Below are positions 1-12,200 of a stretch of DNA of 54,034 bases, piece after piece; positions within the stretch are counted from its first letter, which is position 1; each line of letters begins with the position of its first letter. The stretch is taken from NCBI GenBank assembly GCA_041489155.1, contig JBGPQP010000008.1:1-54034 (forward strand), given 5' to 3'. The translations under genes were made by a program, and so were the position numbers. Source of the stretch: Candidatus Aenigmatarchaeota archaeon. GTDB lineage: Archaea; Aenigmatarchaeota; Aenigmatarchaeia; QMZP01; QMZT01. The notes beneath the pieces are model-generated. The model made no database searches. It was not told the origin of the DNA and worked only from the letters and a program-made list of their open reading frames with translations.

Positions 1-1961
1 CCGGCCAGTGCATAGGCCAGGCAAGAGACTGCAACGACAACATCGCCTGTACAACAGACTCCTGTAACGAAAACAACGACATGTGCGAACATACTCCTGT
101 CAACTGCCAGTGCACACAAAATTCCCAGTGCAACGACAACAACCCCTGCACAGACGATTCCTGTTCCAACTATCAGTGCGTCAACCAGAACGATAACACC
201 AATGCGTGTTCTGACAGTCTTTGGTGCACAGTCAGCGACCACTGCTCTTCCGGCCAGTGCATAGGCCAGGCAAATACCTGTAACGACGATGTATTCTGCA
301 CAACTGATTCCTGCAACGAAAATAACGATGTGTGCGAGCACGACTCTCGCCCATGCAGACAGCCGTGCACCCTCACGTCTGCGTATTGGAACACGACTTT
401 GGCTGTCAAAGGCGAGGCCGTGAAATTAATTGTCAAAGGCATTTCTTGTGAAAATGACACGGCAGATTTTACCATAAAAGAAGATGCTTTGCTTGCAAAC
501 CAGGCAGTCCAAAATCCACCGCCACAGGTGAATTTTTCCAACGACAAGGCAGAGGCAGTATGGACAGCGGAGTTCAGGGATAATTTCACAAAAGACCCGA
601 ATTACTACTTCACCGTATTCGCTTATAACACATCGATAAGCTCAAAAAATCAGACAAATGGAACGCTTACCGTAATCAGGTCGAACGATTTGGACAACGA
701 CGGCGTAACGAATGACAAAGATTGCAATGACCATAACGCATCGGTAGGAGAGTGCAAAGGATGCGCAATATGTTCTGATGCCAAAGGGATAAGCGGCGCC
801 TGTATGCCGGGCAACTGCTCAAAAGTCAAATGCGCAGAAAGTTTATGCGGCGGCGGCACGTGCAAAAGCGACGAATTGGCGGTTTACCCTGATATTGTGG
901 ATTCTGCTTGTAAAATCACTAATGGCACAGGTGTCTGCATGGCTGGCAATTGCACGTTCCAGTGCAAGAAATACGATGCCTGCCTCAAAGACTCGGACAA
1001 TGACAGCGTGACCGATGCTAATGATAAATGCAGTAATACAACAACAAAAAGTGTGAACATATTCGGATGTCCCCTACCAAAATATGAAAAATTCAGGAAT
1101 GAAATAACAACTAATTTCTCGAAAGTAGATTTGCTGCAGGCAAAAGATGTGGTGATAGGAATACCTGGAGTTGGCATGCTGGAATTTAAGTCAAACGCTC
1201 TGAATTTGGTTGGTAAAAACCTAGACGACTATATTGACATACAGCAAAACAAAATCAGTGTGAATACGGCTTCTCTGCCAGAATTAAATGTTCCTGCTGT
1301 GGTAACTTTATATAACATAAACTACAAAAAACCCATTATAGTTCTTGACAATGTTTATTGTGATGCGTGTAAATTCATAAGTTACGATAATGGCATTTTC
1401 AAATTCTTGGCAGAGCACTTTTCAGCATATTCCCTGGCAGATGGGGACTCATACGTCGGTTTTTGTGGCGACATATTCTGCAGTTCAAGCGAGACTTGCA
1501 CCTCCTGTTACCAGGACTGCGGCACTTGTCCGAAACCTCCCGACGAAAAATGCACAGAATCATGGTCGTGCGGAGAATGGTCCGGCTGCGAAGAAGGCGA
1601 GACCGCTAAAAGGGCGTGCAGCGACCTGAACAATTGCGGCACGACTCTGAACAAACCTCAGGAAACCATAAGCTGCACGGAACTCCGCTTACAGCAACTG
1701 CAGAAATACAATTTCATGATAATCATGGGGGTTATCATTTTATTGTTCACTGTCAGTTACGAAATATCTGATCGCCTGAAGAAAAGGAAGCTCGGGAAAC
1801 AAGAGACGCCGGAACTGGGCCTTTTGGTCTAAAAATATTTGACAGAAGGCTATGACGAGGTTAAAATAAAAGAATTGCTGTCTTCAAAAGGCTATTCGAA
1901 AAAAGAAATAGAAAATGCGATTAAAAAAACCAAAAAAGCCCAAAAAGACATTTTATTCTAG
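1..1961 (+). CDS. Cys-rich membrane-anchored surface protein, 5'-truncated by the window edge; in-frame TAA at 1830-1832 interrupts the cytoplasmic tail
   Basis: Frame is open from base 3 (GQCIGQARDCNDNIACTTDSC). Contains CNDxxxCTxDSC repeats, acidic Ca-binding-like DLDNDGV/DSDNDSVTDANDKC motifs, a CTESWSCGEW module and a C-terminal TM followed by KKRK. After the TAA the frame continues for 42 codons to TAG at 1959-1961. Confidence 0.8.
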
Positions 1962-1963
1962 TC

Positions 1964-2305
1964 TCAGGCCATCTTTCTTTTGCCAGCTTTCAGAGTACCA
2001 GACACGCGCACGGTGTGGAAAATAACCTTCGCGTCCCCTATCTGGTGTATCAGCGAGAGACCCATCTTCACCTCGTCGACGTACCTGTGCGTGCATTGTA
2101 TTACGCCGTTGTTCGAGGCCCAAAGGTTCTTTATTATCCACGGCTTCGCCTTCGCAAATTTTTCAGTCCCCATCCAGTTGAGCAGCGAATCGTTTATGGC
2201 GTTCCTCACTTCAGGAAACTCGAGCCTCCAGCTCGTGTGCACGCGGAAGAATACGTAGCGCTTCCTTTCCCCCATGCTCGGCGGATTCCTCAGTTTCATA
2301 CCCAT
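1964..2305 (-). CDS. rnp2: RNase P protein component 2 (Pop5/Rpp14)
   Basis: PPSMGERKRYVFF N-terminal motif and VRVSGTLK C-terminal motif; 113 aa. Confidence 0.9.
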   Translation of the reverse strand: MGMKLRNPPSMGERKRYVFFRVHTSWRLEFPEVRNAINDSLLNWMGTEKFAKAKPWIIKNLWASNNGVIQCTHRYVDEVKMGLSLIHQIGDAKVIFHTVRVSGTLKAGKRKMA

Positions 2306-2442
2306 CGCCCCTGCCTCTTGCCCTGCTCTTATACTCTTCTATATTATATATGAATATTAATAATAGTTTTTCTAGCAGCCTTTACCTACCATCAAGTATA
2401 AAAAACTTATCTACATATAAAAGAACGAATAATTACTTGTGA

Positions 2443-2928
2443 GTGTTAAAAACTCCTGAAATGTTTTGGAATTCAAAGAGGATGAACATGATTGCTCGCG
2501 AAGAGCCGATAAATCTGGACTCGATTGAAATCAATCTCACTGCGAGCATGGTCTGCGCCAATTTCAACCGCCTGTGCATACTCTATCTTCTGAAGAAGTG
2601 CAAGAACAACGAGATGCAGGCCGAGAAAATCGCATCCAGCATTGGCATCTCCCATCGCACCGCGCTTTATCATCTCGACATACTCAAGGATTACGACCTC
2701 GTCGAAGTCAGGGAATTCCGAAAGAAAGGCACGAAGCTGCTGCGTTCGGTCTGGGGCCTCAATTCCGAGAACAACACGAACGTGGAAAAGATTTTCGGCA
2801 GGATCAGCAAGAAGTTCAACCTCAGCGAACTCAACAGGCTCATGCTTAACAATCTCAACGGAACAGGTCCGAGGAAGAAATCCCCGAGGGAAATCTTCGA
2901 CCTAGAGCACATGGAACAGAACTCGTGA
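2443..2928 (+). CDS. ArsR-like winged HTH transcriptional regulator (true start may be a downstream ATG)
   Basis: NRLCILYLL...IASSIGISHRTALYHLDILKDYDLVEV pattern. Confidence 0.8.
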   Translation: MLKTPEMFWNSKRMNMIAREEPINLDSIEINLTASMVCANFNRLCILYLLKKCKNNEMQAEKIASSIGISHRTALYHLDILKDYDLVEVREFRKKGTKLLRSVWGLNSENNTNVEKIFGRISKKFNLSELNRLMLNNLNGTGPRKKSPREIFDLEHMEQNS

Positions 2929-2948
2929 ATTCATGAATTCCGTTTCTT

Positions 2949-3032
2949 GGATTCTGTTTAAAACCCGTTTAAAGCCACACCCTCTGGTTCTGTTTTATAC
3001 CGGTTTCATACTAGTTTCAGCCACGATGAAAC
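2949..3032. promoter_or_regulatory. Helically phased GTTT repeats plus inverted repeat; candidate operator
   Basis: GTTT at 2956/2967 and 2992/3003/3014 (11-bp period); GTTTCA-N7-TGAAAC at 3014-3032; lies between the regulator gene and the giant gene. Confidence 0.4.
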
Positions 3033-3236
3033 AACTTCAGTGTTTTTTAATGTCTCAAATTATTTATCTATTCGCAAGTAACTACATAATTTAAAAACTA
3101 ACTTTTGGAACAGACTAAGTTTATAAACATTGCATGTAATTTTCGGAAGGTATATAAATCTTCATCCGAAAGCAAGATTAATGCATAGTATTCTAACATC
3201 AGGTTTTGGAATAAAATTGGTGAGGTGACGTTAGTT

Positions 3237-6200
3237 ATGTCAAATAAAAATCTTAAGGCATACGTCGGCGCTGTCGGCGCGACGAAACTGACTGCCATCG
3301 TCGTGATGGCTTGTATTCTGGGGGTTTTCGCTGTTTCGATGTCAGGCGTTTTCGCCGTCGATCCCGTTCAAATACGCACAACGAACGCAGAAGGTATCGA
3401 CCAGACAGATTTCGCCCCAGAAGAGACCGTCTATATACAGGGTTCCGGATTCCTCACTTCCTCACCTCTCACAGTCTCGATCACCAGACCTGGCCTCGCC
3501 ACCATGGAAACATGTAACACCTCATACTGCGATCTCAGATTCCTGGACGGCCCTCTCGCATCAGATGCGAACGGAGCGTTCTCGAATTACAAATACAGCT
3601 TGAACGGCATAGAAGGAACGTACACTATTGACGTTTCTGACGTTTCTGACGAAAGAAATTCTGCGACAGCGACTTTCACTGATACTAAAGTCATTAATTC
3701 CGTCACCCTTGACGGCGGAACCTCCACAACCGTTTTGCCCAGCTCATCAATTACAGCTGTGGTTAATGCGACAATAACAGGGACAGACAAATGGTATTAT
3801 ACCCTATACCAGATAGGCAGCGACACACCAATCTGCTACACGCTGCTGGTGCCGTATACTATCCCAGGAACCTATACTGATACATTCACAATAACCGCGC
3901 CATTAAACGTTGGCTCATATGACGCCGCATTCAAGTTCTTGGGCACATCAGGCTGCGGCGGCACCGGAGGAAGCAGTTGGTACAACCTGACTGATGGGAT
4001 AAATGTCGTGGAATGCGGTAACGGAGTTATCGAAGGAAACGAAGCTTGCGACGATAATAATGTTAACAATGGTGATGGATGCTCTTCAACATGTACAATT
4101 GAGCAGGGATGGAACTGCGCAGGCGAGCCCAGTGTTTGCACACAGATTTGCAGCGCGATTTCGAATCAGAGCGCCTGCGAAGTTGCAGATAACTGCGCCT
4201 GGTGCCAGTTATGCAGCGGTCCAAAAATAAACGATTATCTAGCTGATACCTGCTACAACCAAACATCATGCTATTGTGTCTATTCTCAGTGTTCGCAGAG
4301 CTGCGGAGCCGGGTGCACTAGTTCCGGAAATTGCACAGCACACGCCGGAGGAACGTGCAACCTTAACACCTGCACCTGTGAATATGAATATCATACTGTT
4401 TGCGCAGATGGTTATTGCGGTGAAGTTCAGGGAACGGGAACGAATGAATGTACATATGACAATGAATGCAGACACACGGAATGCAGCTATACAAATGTCA
4501 TAGCCTGCATACAGGTCATGTCGCCAGGAGCAAGCCAATGTACAGTTCCGGCTGACTGTGGCGAGTGCATATATGACACTGATTGCCCTGTAGATTACTA
4601 CAACTGCACCGGCAACACTATTATATTACATGATAATTATTGCGACCAGTCAGACCACATGTGTCATGAACACCAGAGCCCAGTTACTGACTGCGACCAG
4701 TACAACCATGATTTCTGCAACGGGACATCGTGGGTCCACCAGACCGGCACTTGCGTGCCAGGTCAGCCAGAATGCGCCCTCGCATCTTCGACAGGCAACT
4801 GCAACGACGGCTTGTGGTGCAACGGCCAGGAAACGTGCAGCAACGACCCAATACCATCTCACTGTGTTGCAGGAACTCCTGTAGTTTGCGACGATCAGAA
4901 CGAATGCACTGTTGATCAATGTGATGATGAAATAGACAACTGCACCTATACTTTCACCGACACACAAGGCCCGAGATCATACAATGTTTTGCTCACCCCG
5001 CCGTTCAACAACGGCATATTCAACCTTACGGGCACAGCACAGGACCAGTGCTCGAACATAAGTACTTCAAAATATTATCTTGGAACTGGCGTTGGTTCCT
5101 GTGACGACTACAACCTGTTCTCAGGGACGATGGATCCGGCAGACGGAAGTTATGACGAACTTTTAGAAGACCTGAAAAAACTAAACCTTCAGTACAGGTA
5201 TGACGGCCAGAACTTCGCATGCATAAAGTCATGGGACGTTCTGAACAATGTTGGCAACTGCAACTGCACGTATTTCGATACTGATGTACTGCCGCCCGAT
5301 TGCCCGTATGACATTTATCTAGACGATGTAAAGTACCCGGACGAGTACCTGATTTGCGGCAACAACGCGTGGCTTAACGCGACAGTCTGCGATTCGCAGT
5401 CGCCTATTCAGGGAGGAGAGTACTTCATAGACCCGGCCCCGAACACTGTTCCGGAGCCGTGGACAGGCGTATGGATGAACGTCCTTGAAGAATTCATCGA
5501 CAGCCGCGGATGGCATTGCGCCATTATTGGAGCAGCTGTTGATACATCCCAGCTCACTGACGGAACCCACTACATAAAGATCAGAGGAAAAGATATAGTC
5601 GAGAACTGGGGCAAGTTCTTACAATGCCAGAACGTTTCGTTCATAAGGGATACGCTGCCTCCAGTAACTACAAAGCAGATAATACCTGCCGATGGAAAGC
5701 AGGTCAAATGCTACGGAAGCGAGGAAACCGAAGCTGGTGTTCTTCACCCGACAACGAATGGTTGCTACTATGTGAAACAGGGAACGCAGGTTGTTTTACA
5801 TGCGACTGACCCGGATCCGCAGCAGACAGGAGAGCACGCGGACAAGACCAGGATACAATGGAAGGTATGGTACAAGGTTAATGCAGGAGACTCGTGGGTC
5901 CTGGACCAGCAAGGTGTTGGTGCGGAAAACACAGACGTCGTGATAACGCTGAACAAAGACTCCTACCACCTGATAGAATACTGGTCAGTTGACGCTTGCG
6001 GATGGGAGGAAGCGCATCACTTCGAACTTGACATTGTTGATACAGTTCCTCCGGTCGGAGAGAAGATAATTGGCGAGCCAAAGATCACATGTGAACAGGG
6101 ACAAGGTTGCGACTACTGGGTCAGAGACCACGTCACAACCATAACTCTTGATTGCATTGATCCGATGCCACACCCGGTTGACAACGAGAAAATGTGTTAC

Positions 6201-9200
6201 AGGATTTCGTTTGACCAAGACCCGGACGGATACAAAACAGACGAGTACTGCAATATGTCCGGAGGAACGATGGAAGGCGATTGGTGCTGTGTAGAGAGTT
6301 GCATATTGCTGCCTTACACGTTCACCTTCCAGGAAGATTCTTTGCATGACCTTCAATACTACTGCGAGGATGCGCTTGGAAACACGAACGTAGTTGATGT
6401 GGAATACTTCAAAGTCGATTCGACCCCGCCAACAACTGTTAAGACCTACGGACTTCCGCTGGTTGAGGCAGTAACGGGCGGTTACCCGAAGTGGATAAAT
6501 TCCAGCACGCCGGTAACGCTTACGGCTGTTGATGGAGGAGACATCTGCCACGTGGGAGTAAACAAGACATACTGGAGGAACACGCTTCTCGGAAGCAATG
6601 AGCCATGTGAGAACCCAACACTGTGCCAGCAGCAGACAGGCACGGGACCATTTGTTGAGTACACAGGCCCGTTCTACAAGCCTGAGGACTCATGCCACCT
6701 TATAGAATACTGGTCAGTTGACAGCCTCGGGAATGCTGAAGGCGTGAAGAAGCAGTGCGTATATGTAGATAACAACCCACCCATCAGCACAAAGACAGTA
6801 GGAACGCCCAAGAAGCAGGTTGACTGCTCAAGCACAGGAGAGGGAAGCTTCACAGACGGCTGCTACTACATAAACCAGAGCACGCCGATAACGCTGAGCT
6901 GCAATGATCAGGAACCTCACCCAGTTGATAACGTGACGATATTCTACAAGTCAGACTGGAAGAACGAGAGCGGGGACAGCTGGGAGCTTGGCTCATGGAT
7001 ACAGGATTCCAGCCAGGTAACATTCTATTACGGCAGCGATTCCTACCACAGGCTCACATGGTACTGCATTGACGCGCTCGGCAACAAGGAGGCAGACCGC
7101 ACGGAGCTTGACATTGTTGACACGCAGAAGCCCGTGTCCTACAAGACATTAGGACTTCCGCAACACGCGTGCATTCAAGCGGAGGAAAACCAATATTACC
7201 ATTCCGAGGGACAAGGCCAGAATCCTGCCCAGACTGACGGCTGCTACTTCATAAACAAGAGCACGTCAGTGACGATAACCTGCGCTGATGGTCAGCCTCA
7301 CCCTGTTGATAACGTGACGATATGGTACAGAACATATTTCTCAGGGGACAATCCACCTGCATTCATCCAAGACAGCAACAGCGTGACCTTTAACTATGAC
7401 GTGGATTCCGCGCACGTGCTTGAATGGTACTGCGTGGACGCGCTGGGCAACACGGAAACCACGCACGTGGAATATGATATAGTTGACAGCCTGCCACCGG
7501 TTGGATCAAAAGAAGTTGGCGATCCCAAACTAGATAGAAGCGGAATAAAGTTCACAACGAGTGGAACTGGTACAGCAGGATGGTCAACTGAACAAACACA
7601 TAGTGGAATGTATTCCATAAAGATGACAACACCCAATCCCAGTGGTAATGACCAAGGCAGGGCAACCTTGCCTTTCAGCGGAAACCTGGTCAGCATAACT
7701 TCATTTAATTACTGGAGTTATGTGGTTAATGCAGGAACAGAAGGACAACTCTCAATATGGGCATCATTCTATCTTGACGGAAATGGTGACGGTGTCTGGA
7801 ATTATTCAGACTACTATCTGCAGTGCGAACCATACTATACTTATGGATATCCGACACTAAATGCATGGCAAAATTATGATGTTATGAGTATGAAGTGTGT
7901 TGCTTACGATCCTGATATAAATCCTGATATGGATTGCCCGCACGATTCACCCACTCTAGCCCAGTATATCAGCGGTGCAGCAGCAACTATGCAATGCCCA
8001 GGTCATCCCGGATGGGGCAACTTCGCTTCAAGAGAATACGGTTCTCTTCCAATAATCAAAATTGATATGAGAGCGGGTTATGGAGGCCCCTGGCCAGGGT
8101 TTGTCGGCTACATGGATGATTTGAAAATAAACGAAGAAACATCATCAGAACCAACATGGTGGGTACGTGACCATGTCACGCCAATAACATTAGATTGTAC
8201 AGATGGTACGCCACATCCAGTAGATCATGAAGAAGTGTGTTACAAGATTTCCTTTGATAACCCGGCAACACCTTGGTTGACAACACAATACTGCACGCAG
8301 TTCGGCGGTGTAATGAATGCTGAAGAATACTGCTGTGCTGATGTCTCTGGAACAACAAAGTACACATTTGATTTCACAGAAGATTCAGTGCACGACCTCG
8401 AATTCTACTGTGTTGATAAATTAGAAAACAAGAATCAGGTAGATATAGAATATTTCAGAGTAGATTCAGTGCCACCTGAAATAACGAAAGTGATAGAAGG
8501 GCCATACTACGGACAATGCCCTCCTAACGCGCCAACAGATGTATGCTTCCTTGACGGCGTCACAAACATAATTGTGAACACAAACGACCCCGACCCTACG
8601 GGAAGAGGATGCAACGTTGGCGGAGTTTACTGTGAATGGGGATACTACCTTGACGACAATTACCAGCAATTCTTTGGATGGTATGCCACATTCCCTGTGC
8701 ACTTCCCAGAAGAGACAAAACACGAGCTGCACATAAGATGCTGGGATGCTCTAGGAAACCCGATGACCGAGGACGTGGAGACATTCTACGTCGACAAGAC
8801 CCCGCCTGTTACTACAAAGAGCTACATCGGTCCGCAGTATCTCGTAACAACCGAGAAAACAGACGGTAACCTGACAAATCTTCTCGGAACAGCCGGCAAT
8901 TTCGCGATTCTAGCAAAAACAGCAATCACGGACGTTCCTACATCTGTTATCACTGGAGATGTTGGAGTTAGCCCAGCCAGCGGTACTACTATTGGTGTAC
9001 CGTGCGCAGAAGTGAATGGGACAATCTACTCAGTCGATGCGGCTGGTCCTCTTCCATGCAGGGTGACTGACCCCACATTACTGACCCAGGCTGTAAGCGA
9101 CATGGAAGCAGCGTACACCGATCTCTCCGGACGAACTCCGGATTATACTGGAGTTGGATCTGGAGATATTAGCGGAATGACACTAACACCTGGGATTTAC

Positions 9201-12200
9201 AAATGGACTACCGGGCTTTTGATAAACACTGGTAACATGACTGGTGACCCCAATGGTGTCACTCTCGACTGCGGAGGCAACGCGAGTGCTATCTTCATTT
9301 TCCAGATAGCGCAAAATCTCGCTGTGGGCAGTGGTGCCAAAGTTACTCTGAGCGGTAGCTGCCAAGCTTCCAACGTCTACTGGGTGGTCGCTGGCACAAC
9401 GACACTTGGAACAACATCTGTTTTCAATGGGAATATTCTGGCTGGACCCGGTACATCGACGATTGCGCTACAGAATGGCGCAACATTAACCGGAAGAGCA
9501 TTGGGGCAAACAGATGTTACATTAATTGCCAATACTATCTCATTACCTGCTACAACAACTGGTAATACAACCGGTAATGAGACAACTCGCTGGATAACCA
9601 GCGGAACAAACGTGACGCTGTCTGTGGACGACGCAGGCCCGCACAAGTCCGGCATAAAGGAGACTAAATACAGAGTAACACTGATGGGTGGCAATGAGCC
9701 ATGCGCGAACACGGAGCTTTGCCAGCAGATGACAGGCAGCGGCGATTACCAGACGTACACCGCTCCGTTCACCATAGCAGAGGACTCGTGTCACCTGATA
9801 GAATACTACAGCGTAGACAATGTTAACAAGACCGAAACGGTCAAGAGGCAGTGCGTATTCGTGGACAACAAGCCACCAGTCTCGACAAAGACCTTTGACG
9901 GCCTGCATGTCCCGTGCAGCCAGCTAGCGTGCGCGAACCAGAGCAGCTGCGACTACTACATAAACAAGAACACAAAGATAATCCTTAGCTGCACAGACCA
10001 GGAACCGCACCCGGTGGACAACGTCACGATATACTACAGATACTTCGTTGACGACGTGCTGCACCAGGACTGGACAGAATACACCGGTCCTATACAATAT
10101 AATGAAGATTCAAAGCACACTCTCGAATGGTATTGCGAGGACGCCCTTGGCAACAGGGAAACGACTTACACCCAGGTAGAGAGAGTAGACACGACCCCGC
10201 CTGTCACGACCAAGACCATCGGACAGCCGCAGTGGCAGGGTGGATATTGGGTAACGTCACAGACGCCGATAACACTGACGACTGTCGACGGACAATACCC
10301 GTGCGCAGCTGGACCAGCGACGCTTTATTACGAAGACCACTGGGACAATGACTGCGACGGAAACTTCGAAGGCGATCCGGTGTACAGCGGACAGGTCAGC
10401 ACTGACGGAAACTGCAACCTGAACACAACCATCTACCTTAGCGGCGAGTGCCTTCACGAGCTTAGATGGCACGCGGTGGATGCTCTTGGAAACGTGGAAA
10501 CAGAGCATGTGCAGCAGCACAAGGTAGACAACACTCCTCCGCACATACTGATACTTAAGCCGGTTGATGGCTGGTATTCCGACGGCGAGGACATACCGAT
10601 AGTCTCGATTGCAGAAGACCTAGACAACAAGTCCGGACCGTGCGAGGGAGATTGCTACGGACTTGGAACTGAGTGCGCTGTCGGCATCGCTGACGGAACT
10701 CAGTGCGAGGCATACCTTCTGGACATACTGCCAGAACCGAAGATAGTTCCTCTTGAGACAACGGGAACATTCATGTACAACGCGGCAGCGAAGGAATGCC
10801 AGGGCTACGGAACAATCCCCGAGGAAAGCGGAATACCTGACGGCATAGTCATACTTGTGGTCATGGCCAAGGATAATCTGGGGAACGAGGCAGGCAGCCT
10901 TACTGAGATATTTAGAGCCATACTTGACAGGTGCGGATGCGACGTGTATGACATGTGCGCGCCCAAGTGCATTGACGATGTGGTTCAGGATATTATTGTA
11001 AACTGGAACCTTCCGAAGATCGGAATAGACAACCACGCTCCTGTCGTGACGATAACTGCGCCTTCCGAGAATTCGCTGTTCGGCGGTGAACAGGTATTTG
11101 TAAGCGCCGACGTGAGCGACTCCGAGGATGGCCAGATAACGTCCACGATAACGAGCGGAACGCCATGCTACATAACGCTTGGCGGCGTTTCGATGGGAAC
11201 GGTTCCGTACGACAATGGTGCGAGGAAGTGCTTCGGGACTGTAATGATACCCGAGGACAACGACTTCCCGCAGGGAACGCAGGCTCTCAAGGTCGAGATA
11301 GCCGACAACGCAGGCAACCTTGGAAGCGCCTCGATAAACGTGAACGTTGACACAACCAAGCCTGTTTTGGATATAATCATTCCATCACAGAACCAGTTTG
11401 TCAAGGGCACGATAGAGGTTACTGCACAGGTGAGCGATGCTAATCTGGATGCGAGCAAGATAAAGATTTCAACGGACAACGGGCAAACATGGCATGACAC
11501 CTGGTATTGCAACCCATCCACATACTGCTACGACTGGGACACGGCCACGGCGACGGACGGCATGGCATACGGCATAGTCGCGAAGGCGACGGACCTTGCC
11601 GACAACACAGGCTATTCGGATGTCGTGATTGTGATAGTCGACAACGGCGCGCCGGAAGGCGTGTACATGGTCGACCCGGTCAAGGACAAGATAGTGCAGG
11701 GCACGATAACGCTTAAAGCGCTCGCCACGGACTATGTGAGCGGCGTGACAGGCGTCGATATATACGTCAACAGCGTCCCGTCATTCAATTGCGTTGCAAC
11801 ATTAGTTGGCGGGACATGGCAATGCAGCTTCAACAGCGTGACATTGTCTGATGGACAGCACAGCGCATATGCAGTTGCGACTGACAAGCTTGGTCAGACA
11901 ACGACATCGGCGAGCGTGCCGTTCATCATTGACAACAACGCGCCAAGCGCTCCGGTAATCAGCATATACCCGACAACAAACGGCTACGACACCGACGGCG
12001 TGGTGACATGGAAATGGACAGACTCGACTGACACAGGTTCCGGCATAGACTATTATCTGATAGAGGTCGGCAGCCCTGTAGTGTCCCAGACCAAGGTCCT
12101 TGGAACCCTGTTCACCATAAGCGACCTTTACGAAGGCTCGCACACCGCCAGGGTGAAAGCCGTCGACAAGGCGGGCCACGAGAGCGCCTGGTCAAGCTAT

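Noticed and set aside
3630..3652. 9-bp tandem duplication GACGTTTCT in the giant gene
   Set aside because: In-frame microduplication (DVSDVSD) with no evident significance.
7536..9587. Inteins or introns as the explanation for the giant-gene insertions
   Set aside because: No C/S-start and HN-C/S/T splice motifs and no homing endonuclease; the inserts look like extracellular binding domains.
5649..10526. Diversity-generating retroelement TR/VR pair or shufflon
   Set aside because: No reverse transcriptase or recombinase in the window, and I saw no adenine-specific mismatch pattern between repeats.
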